A stretch of 64,000 nt of DNA from the NCBI RefSeq assembly GCF_032064125.1, contig NZ_DAMBNZ010000012.1; one strand, 5' to 3'. This DNA is from Lacrimispora sp. (GTDB lineage Bacteria; Bacillota; Clostridia; Lachnospirales; Lachnospiraceae). Shown one piece after another: positions 57,586-64,000 of this stretch (its first letter is position 1; each line of letters starts with the position of its first letter). A program made the position numbers and the translations under genes. The notes below the pieces were generated by a model. That model searched no databases. It saw only the letters and a list, made by a program, of their open reading frames with translations, and had not been told where the DNA came from.

Positions 57586-58014
57586 CTACAAAGCGGCACT
57601 GTTTGAATCTCCTTTTCTTGACTCTTCTGCTTGCTCTTTTATATACTTTTGTACTGCTTCATCTGTGATGTTACCAATTGTTTCTACATAATATCCTCGT
57701 GCCCAAAATGCTTTATCCCATTTACTATGCAACTCTGGATTCCTATCATAAACCATCAATGTACTTTTCCCCTTTAAGTATCCCATAAAATTTGAAATAT
57801 TTAACTTAGGTGGTATTGCTACACTTAGGTGCACATGATCTATACAAACTGCTCCTGCAACAATATCCACATCCTTATATTTACATAATGTGCTGATTAT
57901 TTCTCTTACATCATCTCTTATTTTTCCGTATAGCACCTTTTTTCGATACTTTGGTATAAATACAATATGGTATTGGCATTTCCAGCGAGTATGCGATATG
58001 CTTCTATTGTCCAT
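57586..58014 (-). CDS. tnpA: IS200/IS605-family Y1 (HUH) transposase TnpA
   Basis: YHIVFIPKYRKK, HUH motif DHVHL, and the catalytic Tyr region FWARGYYVETIG. RBS AGGAGG upstream. Confidence 0.9.
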   Translation of the reverse strand: MDNRSISHTRWKCQYHIVFIPKYRKKVLYGKIRDDVREIISTLCKYKDVDIVAGAVCIDHVHLSVAIPPKLNISNFMGYLKGKSTLMVYDRNPELHSKWDKAFWARGYYVETIGNITDEAVQKYIKEQAEESRKGDSNSAAL

Positions 58015-58022
58015 TTGGACCT

Positions 58023-58075
58023 CCTCCTATGTTTGAGTTTGGCTTGCGACACCATTCTCAATATAACATAGGAGG
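58023..58075 (-). promoter_or_regulatory. Shine-Dalgarno-sequestering stem-loop in the tnpA leader
   Basis: In the mRNA, cctcctatgtt (complement of 58065-58075) pairs with aacataggagg (complement of 58023-33), which contains the RBS 8 nt before the ATG. Confidence 0.55.
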
Positions 58076-58198
58076 TTTTTTATTGATATCCTTACTGTTT
58101 CCACTTACACGATTCTCCCCAGCATAGCTGGGGGATTAGGATTTTCATTAATATCTTATCAAAATTTATTATACTTAAACCTTAATTAACAATATAAT

Positions 58199-59341
58199 TT
58201 ATTCTTCAATTTTAACTTTTTCAAAAATATCGAAATTATGTTTTTTCCCTCCAAAGTAATAGTATTTTTTTCTTAATTGAATCTTTTCTTCATCTGTTAA
58301 TACTTTTACATCTTTTAATTTTTCCAATATTGATTCAGACTTTTTTTCTGCATACTTTACACGCAACTCCATAATCACATTGGATGTTAATATTCCAAAA
58401 GTATAGGGTAATACTGCTAAGTAAAATAAGTTTTTAATATTACTTGTTCCGAAATTATCGAAATATGTTTTTCCGTTTACAACTTCATATACAAATCCTT
58501 CATACATACTAGAATTCATCAGCAATATTTTATTTTCAGTAATAAACTCTCCAATGTAATTAGCTAGAAAGAAAGATAAAATACCTAAAAGCACCATAAA
58601 TATATTCACTACTTGAAACGCTAATTTCAACTTACCTAATTGATATACTGGTGTCATATAAATAAATAACACAAATAATACTAAAGAAATAAACATTGGT
58701 ATAATAGTAAATACCGGATACTTCTCAAGAATATAAGTAACATATATTATTCCCTCCGCTACATCATGCATTTGTATCATAACAACATTAACACTTTCAC
58801 CTTTTTGAGCCAGTTTTTCATAACAGTTTAATACTCCATATAAAGCATATGCCAATGATATAACAAATAACATAACTCCTTGAATTGTAGAACTCAATAT
58901 TGTAATAGCCTTGAAAGTTACATAATTCTTTAAAACCGAAACATATGCACAAACAAAATAAACAAAGCAGTATATCAATGGTATACACACGATCCCATTA
59001 AGCATGGTAGAATTAGGATATTGGTATGATACTATTAGCACAATATAAATTATTATTCCTATGATATCCCCAAAATAATTGGCTCTTATTTCTTGATCTC
59101 TAGAATAATCTATTTTATCATTTTTAATTTCAATATAATCACATTGTTTCAATAAGTAAATTCTATATATAATTCTGCTTATTAAATAGAATATATCTAA
59201 TATAAGAATGAACGTATATACATTAATCATACTAAAAAATGGCAATGATATAAAAAAAGCAATATAGAACCCAAAGAAACTATTACAAAGCAATGCATTT
59301 TTAATACCTTTTTCTAAAAAACTCTTAATCGTATATTTCAC
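58199..59341 (-). CDS. AT-rich orphan polytopic membrane protein, function unknown
   Basis: 380 aa with about 9 TM segments and a Lys-rich C-terminal tail. No motif I recognise. GTG start after AGGGAG. Its composition matches the AT-rich island, not its neighbours. Confidence 0.5.
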   Translation of the reverse strand: MKYTIKSFLEKGIKNALLCNSFFGFYIAFFISLPFFSMINVYTFILILDIFYLISRIIYRIYLLKQCDYIEIKNDKIDYSRDQEIRANYFGDIIGIIIYIVLIVSYQYPNSTMLNGIVCIPLIYCFVYFVCAYVSVLKNYVTFKAITILSSTIQGVMLFVISLAYALYGVLNCYEKLAQKGESVNVVMIQMHDVAEGIIYVTYILEKYPVFTIIPMFISLVLFVLFIYMTPVYQLGKLKLAFQVVNIFMVLLGILSFFLANYIGEFITENKILLMNSSMYEGFVYEVVNGKTYFDNFGTSNIKNLFYLAVLPYTFGILTSNVIMELRVKYAEKKSESILEKLKDVKVLTDEEKIQLRKKYYYFGGKKHNFDIFEKVKIEE

Positions 59342-59689
59342 TACTTATTTCTCCCTTTGATTTTATCCCAGTTAAATTATTACATCTAACAGTTCTTACA
59401 ATTTTACAATTTCCTCTTTCGTCAAAATTGTACCCTATCCCATCTTTTCTTGCTCAAGAGCACAATCACAAATATCTTACTTTGGAGCACCATCATTCCA
59501 GTTTATCAGATCCATCACTTTCCTCATGCCTTCTGCATTTTCAGATTATACACTCCTTAGGGATTGCTTCGAACATATATCTACGAAGATGTGCCCAGTA
59601 TTCAATGCCTCAATTAGAAAGCGAATATGACATATCTCGAAAAAGCAGCTGGCCCTTGAACTCTCATTCATAACCAGACTGCCTTATAT

Positions 59690-60667
59690 TTACATTTTCC
59701 CTTCAAATCCAGGATCTTTTTTCCAATACGATTGATTCATAGTAAACCTTAAAATAAGCCATGTCGGAAGTGAGCGATACCGTTTTCCTGCAAGGTACCC
59801 CATATACTTAAATCCGCTCTTAACAACCACCCCCGGAACCAGCCATATCTTTTTCTCATTCACTAGCCAAGCTATGGTCTTTTTCACCAGACGAATTCCT
59901 TCGCTTTCCGAACGAATCCCCTCAAATACTTCCGGGTGATCCACCTGAGATACAGCTAAATCAAAGTTTCTTCTAAACTGTTCCATACATCCATAGTTAT
60001 GGGAGTGGTACACCCTAGCATCTGCCGCATAAGCAACCGCCTGTCCCTGATACCTGATTGCATTTCCAGCATAAATCATATCTTCATTAAAGATGGTTCG
60101 TTTCGTAAAACCACCAGCTTGCAAATAAGCTTCCCTGTCATAAGCACAGCACACATTGGAAGCGAAAAATGTCTTGATTCCAAGTTGGGACAAGTCTTCC
60201 TTTGTCTTTACCATGCTGTTTTCCGAGTAATTAAAGGAACGAGTGTACTGCTCAGCAAGTCCACAATCTCCGTTGGGAAGCTGTCTAGCGTAAGCCATAA
60301 CTACCTTTTCTCCATTTTTACCCGTCTGGTCAAGCGCCTTTACTAAGGCACCAATTAGATTTTTATCTGCCGGAACTGCATCATCGGTCATAAAAACCAT
60401 AATATCAGCTTGGGAATAACCAGCACCCTGATCTCTGGTGCCGCCATGGTCAAATTCTTCCTTTGTCACATGGTGAACCTCAAGGTTTTCAATATGGTCG
60501 TAAGCATGATCCTTCCAATAAGACTTTTCCGTATTCATTGCGATAATGCGGCGAATGGGATAAGCCTGCTTTGCAAGCCGCTCCAGAAGGTGTTTTAAGG
60601 TGTCATCCGGCTTGTATACTGGAATGATTACGTCCACCGTTTTTTTCTCTGTTCGTGTTTCTTCCAT
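59690..60667 (-). CDS. Family 2 glycosyltransferase (rhamnosyltransferase-like)
   Basis: VDVIIPVYKPDDTL, an FMTDDAV (DxD-like) motif and an NEDMIY block. Confidence 0.75.
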   Translation of the reverse strand: MEETRTEKKTVDVIIPVYKPDDTLKHLLERLAKQAYPIRRIIAMNTEKSYWKDHAYDHIENLEVHHVTKEEFDHGGTRDQGAGYSQADIMVFMTDDAVPADKNLIGALVKALDQTGKNGEKVVMAYARQLPNGDCGLAEQYTRSFNYSENSMVKTKEDLSQLGIKTFFASNVCCAYDREAYLQAGGFTKRTIFNEDMIYAGNAIRYQGQAVAYAADARVYHSHNYGCMEQFRRNFDLAVSQVDHPEVFEGIRSESEGIRLVKKTIAWLVNEKKIWLVPGVVVKSGFKYMGYLAGKRYRSLPTWLILRFTMNQSYWKKDPGFEGKM

Positions 60668-60687
60668 TCCTATTTCCTACCTTCCTG

Positions 60688-62292
60688 TTAGTAGTGCAGA
60701 CATGCTGTGGAACATATGCGTATCAAGGCATAAATGCTGACAAAGCATTGTAAAAACCAGGCACTTTTCCGTAAATCCACCTTCAGAACCAGCCGTTTGT
60801 CAAATATAGGCAACAGCACCAAAGGCAAGAGCGGAATAAAGTAACGTCCCTGTATACCAACAATATAATCCATTTCCCTTGGGGTATATCCAAGCAGCAT
60901 GGAAGCTAGAACAAGACAGGCACTTAAAAATACCAGTAGTAGAGTAAACCACTTCTGCCAACTCTTAAACGGAACGACCTCTCCTTCTCTACGAACCACA
61001 CTGACAAAAAGCCCGTAACACAAAAGGAGGAGACAGAATGGAGGAACCGTTAGATTTGGATCCAGATTTCCTAAAAAACCGCCAAGCATTGTGATCAGAT
61101 AATAATCAAGCTGAGTCTCAAAGGTTTTATAATACACCATCACAATATCATAAGGGCGGCTTAATACATCGGATAAGGTATAACCCGCTGCCTCACTCCA
61201 GCCCACGTAGCTTTCTGTCCGGGTAGACCAAATCGAAAGAACCAGCTTGTTCACTAAGAATACGGCTAACAGCATACCGCCTAAGACACAGGCAAATGAA
61301 ATCCAGTATTGTTTCTTTGACTGAAATTTCGCAGACGGTATAAAAAGGCAGATACCAGCCAAAGGTAGATACACGATCTTACCAGGCTCTAATAGAATCA
61401 AAAGCAGGGCCAGTATCACGATATCTTTGATGGTAATCTTATCTTTTTCAAACGCCAGGTAAAAACACCACGCCAAAAACATCATAGAAAGGCCGATAAA
61501 ACTACTATCGTAAGAATAAGAAGCCGCCAGATGAAGGGTCATCGGCAAGGCAGATACCGCCATAATCACTTCTTTTTTAAATGGCATGATTCGATATGCC
61601 AGATAAGACATTGCAGTGAATGCAAGAAGATTAAAGAGCCGTCCAATCATGACCATAGGAACATACCCCATATGAAACACTCTTGCTAGAGCAATCCCAA
61701 TGGCCTGGGGCAGATATACTACAGGGAATGTATTGACCGGAACCTCACTACGGACTGTAAGTCCCTGGCTGCTGTCCTTTGAAAAGAACTGAGTAAAAAC
61801 TTTGTTATAAGCAAACTGCCCTGGCTCTGATTCAAACCCATTGTCATCATCCTGACTACGAACCAGCACATTGGCTCCCTGGTTAATTCGTTCCTTCTCT
61901 TCTTTCGTCGCATTCTCGAAAAAATCCTGGTCTGCAACTGCAGTTTTTCCTATGATTGTGCTGGAAAGACGGTAAGCACTGACAAAATGAACCGCTTCAT
62001 CCGGTGCCGTAAAGGGAGGCAGAGCCACTAAGTAAAACACTCCTAATATGATTAAAACCACTGGATATATCCAGCTATAAAGTTTTTTACTTATCCACAA
62101 AACAGCGCCCAGACAGAAAAGAAATCCACAACCCGCCAAGATAAGCCACCAGTAAAACCGCCGTACCGACTCAAATTCCGGAGATGGTATACCGATGATC
62201 ATCTTATGATAAGGAAGCAGAAAAAGAAAAACAAGAACCAGGATACTTCCTGCAGTCAGTGCCAGGCCCTTTTTATTCCCGGTTAGATTCAT
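60688..62292 (-). CDS. Polytopic membrane protein, GT-C-like (DUF2142-like)
   Basis: 534 aa with about 13 TM segments. A PPFTAPDEAVHF acidic motif follows TM3. Family assignment is from memory of the DUF2142 layout and has not been searched. Confidence 0.5.
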   Translation of the reverse strand: MNLTGNKKGLALTAGSILVLVFLFLLPYHKMIIGIPSPEFESVRRFYWWLILAGCGFLFCLGAVLWISKKLYSWIYPVVLIILGVFYLVALPPFTAPDEAVHFVSAYRLSSTIIGKTAVADQDFFENATKEEKERINQGANVLVRSQDDDNGFESEPGQFAYNKVFTQFFSKDSSQGLTVRSEVPVNTFPVVYLPQAIGIALARVFHMGYVPMVMIGRLFNLLAFTAMSYLAYRIMPFKKEVIMAVSALPMTLHLAASYSYDSSFIGLSMMFLAWCFYLAFEKDKITIKDIVILALLLILLEPGKIVYLPLAGICLFIPSAKFQSKKQYWISFACVLGGMLLAVFLVNKLVLSIWSTRTESYVGWSEAAGYTLSDVLSRPYDIVMVYYKTFETQLDYYLITMLGGFLGNLDPNLTVPPFCLLLLCYGLFVSVVRREGEVVPFKSWQKWFTLLLVFLSACLVLASMLLGYTPREMDYIVGIQGRYFIPLLPLVLLPIFDKRLVLKVDLRKSAWFLQCFVSIYALIRICSTACLHY

Positions 62293-62644
62293 AGTTTAAC
62301 TCCTCCTTTTCCTTATCTTCTTCCTTATCCAGGGCAAAGGTCTGAATCAGCTCAGTCACTCTCCGTTCCAACTGAGAGATCTTGACTGACTGGAAAAAAA
62401 CCTTAAGCAACAAAATAAAGATCATAAAGGTAAAGATAAAATTAGCTGTGGAATAAGTCCCAACCATACTGGAGATGAAATCCGCAAGCTTAGGAAACAG
62501 ACTAAAAAATACAAGCATTAGGGCAAACATCACCCAGAAAATAGAATCTTCTATCTTCATTTTAGAATGGCGTATCCTTCTGAGTAAATACAAGGTCAGC
62601 AAAGTGGAAACGCATATGAGTACGCATCGAAGCAAAAATGTCAT
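62273..62644 (-). CDS. Small membrane protein with C-terminal coiled-coil tail (DUF2304-like)
   Basis: 123 aa with 3-4 TM segments, then QLERRVTELIQTFALDKEEDKEKEE. It sits between a GT2 gene and a GT-C-like gene, which I recall as the usual DUF2304 neighbourhood. Confidence 0.45.
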   Translation of the reverse strand: MTFLLRCVLICVSTLLTLYLLRRIRHSKMKIEDSIFWVMFALMLVFFSLFPKLADFISSMVGTYSTANFIFTFMIFILLLKVFFQSVKISQLERRVTELIQTFALDKEEDKEKEELNYESNRE

Positions 62645-62659
62645 AGGTGACTCCCCCTT

Positions 62660-63358
62660 TTATCTTCTGGACCGGATGCGGAAACTTTGAACCAGCAATA
62701 TAGAAAAAAGCATTTTCCCCATATATCTGGCCGCATTCAGTGGATTTAAATAGCTCTCACCAAGAATTCTTTCATCCATAACCACAGGAATTTCTGCCAC
62801 ATTGGCACCGTGGCGAATTAAATAGGAAATGGTATCCGGTTCCGGTCCGTAATTTAAACCGTCTGCAAATTCCTTAATCATCTTATGGCTGAACATTCGC
62901 ATCCCCGAGGTTGGATCATTAACCATAACTCCAGTGGTGAACCAAATGGCGCCACTTAAAAGACGGCTTCCAAACATACGAATGGAGAGCGGTTTTTTCT
63001 CCGCAACAAATCGGGATCCAATCACAATATCATATCCCTCATCCATTTTTTCCTTCATAGGTAAGATGTACTCCGCACGATGTTGTCCATCTCCGTCAAA
63101 TTGTATGGCATAGCGATAACCGTGGCGATGGGCATACTTAAGACCCGTCTGAAACGCTCCCGCCAGTCCCAAGTTTACAGGAAGGTCAATGATTCTCCAT
63201 TTATGTTTTCTGCAAATCTCTGCGGTATTGTCTGTAGAGCCATCATTGATAATCACGTAATCATACATGGGATAGTTTTCAATAACGCCTCCTACGACGC
63301 GCTCGATATTCAAAGCTTCATTATAAGCAGGTATTACTACCAGAACCTTATCCGTCAT
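62660..63358 (-). CDS. Family 2 glycosyltransferase, polyprenol-phosphate sugar synthase-like (DPM1/Ppm1 type, no TM)
   Basis: VLVVIPAYNEALNI, INDGSTDNT and QFDGDGQH motifs. Confidence 0.8.
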   Translation of the reverse strand: MTDKVLVVIPAYNEALNIERVVGGVIENYPMYDYVIINDGSTDNTAEICRKHKWRIIDLPVNLGLAGAFQTGLKYAHRHGYRYAIQFDGDGQHRAEYILPMKEKMDEGYDIVIGSRFVAEKKPLSIRMFGSRLLSGAIWFTTGVMVNDPTSGMRMFSHKMIKEFADGLNYGPEPDTISYLIRHGANVAEIPVVMDERILGESYLNPLNAARYMGKMLFSILLVQSFRIRSRR

Positions 63359-64000
63359 TTTATTAACCCTTTCTTTTCCTTTATCAGTACGTAAGCTGCC
63401 TGTCCCATAAAACAGAGCGTAAGTAACAGCATGGCAAATAGATAGGAGAACGCGCCCCCATTAATTCCTCCCACTTTCACTAAGGAAAAGGAAAGGAAGT
63501 AGGATAAAATGCAGACCGGAATATAGCCAAAAAAGATCCTCTTTTGTTGTTTCATAATGACTAAAACGTAATAAAACAAATTCATGACTGCAAATAAACC
63601 GCCACCGAACACAATCGCAAGAAGTCCTGACAGATATGGCTTTAGATCCACATTGTAGATTGCCCCAAGTACTGGCACTCCGATGGCCCCAGCACCTGCT
63701 AAAGCGATAATAGTGAGGATAAGAATCACTCCAGAGAGCTTTTTAATTTCCTTTACAAGTCCTGATAAGTTTTTATCTTCCCAAAGATAAGACATCTTCG
63801 TAAGGAATGGACGAATGACGAAATTCGCCGCCAGATTAATGACTGAGGTCGGCATAAAAATAGCCACGAAAATTGCATTATCCGTGGAGGTCATTTGTGC
63901 ATCAACGGCATACTTTGCCATAGCAAAAATAAGCCCGTCCAGGAACACGGAAAGGAAGAGTAAACCTCCATCCTTTAGTATGTCCCATTCTTTTCCCTTT
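63355..64000 (-). CDS. C-terminal part of a MOP/Wzx-type polysaccharide flippase (truncated by the window edge)
   Basis: The hydrophobic open frame continues to the window end, giving six or more TM segments. The 3' end overlaps the GT2 start by 4 nt. Family is inferred from topology and context only. Confidence 0.45.
   Translation of the reverse strand, partial: KGKEWDILKDGGLLFLSVFLDGLIFAMAKYAVDAQMTSTDNAIFVAIFMPTSVINLAANFVIRPFLTKMSYLWEDKNLSGLVKEIKKLSGVILILTIIALAGAGAIGVPVLGAIYNVDLKPYLSGLLAIVFGGGLFAVMNLFYYVLVIMKQQKRIFFGYIPVCILSYFLSFSLVKVGGINGGAFSYLFAMLLLTLCFMGQAAYVLIKEKKGLIK

Larger units (their letters stand above)
57480..58140 (-). mobile_element. IS200/IS605-family element (tnpA only)
   Basis: The Y1 HUH transposase gene is flanked by subterminal hairpins. 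These are ccaaccaccatttcaaatggtggttgg (57487-57513), agccct/agggct and cgccc/gggcg on one side, and ccccagcatagctgggg (58117-58133) on the other. Confidence 0.75.

Noticed and set aside
59428-59673. 81-aa plus-strand ORF.
   Set aside because: No RBS and a His/Ser/Leu-rich composition without motifs. The opposite strand carries a transposase-like fragment, so this looks like non-coding scar DNA.
1-64000. Search for rRNA, tRNA, tmRNA, riboswitch-like leaders and defence systems (restriction-modification, toxin-antitoxin, Cas, abortive infection).
   Set aside because: No cloverleaf-like or rRNA-like conserved segments were noticed. All sizeable ORFs are accounted for by glycan, transport, sensing or IS functions. 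A covariance-model scan (Infernal/Rfam, tRNAscan-SE) would be needed to exclude small RNAs.

Overview
This window looks like a Gram-positive (Clostridia/Lachnospiraceae-like) cell-envelope glycan super-locus. That placement is inferred from GGAGG-type ribosome binding sites (RBS), AT-rich codon usage and gene content. All calls come from reading the ORF track and the DNA by eye; no alignments or HMM searches were run. There are four blocks. (1) 1-24,550 is a visibly AT-richer block, with every intact gene on the minus strand. It encodes an ABC-transporter-dependent glycan pathway: a polyprenyl-phosphate glycosylphosphotransferase, three glycosyltransferases (GTs), MnaA, Wzm/Wzt, a ~1000-aa methyltransferase/coiled-coil/GT-B/GT2 fusion, two GT-C-like membrane proteins and an O-antigen-ligase-like protein. 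Dead copies of four IS families (IS110, IS256, IS3, and ISL3 twice) are scattered through it. (2) 24.6-31.8 kb holds three secreted proteins with cell-wall-binding (CW_binding_1, choline-binding type) repeats, one of them a GH25 muramidase. They surround a three-domain HTH/LicC-like/LicA-like gene. (3) 32.1-46.3 kb is one long minus-strand operon-like array. It carries a second, paralogous Wzm/Wzt system, a separate methyltransferase, a 1037-aa kinase-like/coiled-coil/GT2/GT-B fusion, the four genes of the GDP-D-glycero-alpha-D-manno-heptose pathway (gmhA, gmhB, hddA, hddC), a lone RmlC-like epimerase, and a GtrB-like polyprenyl-phosphate sugar synthase with GT-C-like partners. (4) 46.5-57 kb holds another cell-wall-binding (CWB) repeat protein, a ChvE/GguAB-type sugar ABC importer, and an adjacent sensor module (two binding proteins, a LytS/YesM-type kinase, a YesN-type REC-AraC regulator). 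After that come a small AT-rich islet (IS200 tnpA plus an orphan membrane protein) and a third glycan module (GT2, DUF2142-like, DUF2304-like, GT2, partial flippase). No rRNA, tRNA or CRISPR array was seen. The most interesting signal is the pair of capped-chain glycan assembly/export systems. Each has a terminator domain and a coiled coil (candidate chain-length ruler) fused to the polymerase, and each has a Wzt with a divergent C-terminal cap-reading domain. Together with the ligase-like protein, the heptose pathway and the Ser/Thr-rich CWB proteins, this resembles S-layer/protein O-glycosylation (slg) loci, but in a domain arrangement I do not recognise as characterised.
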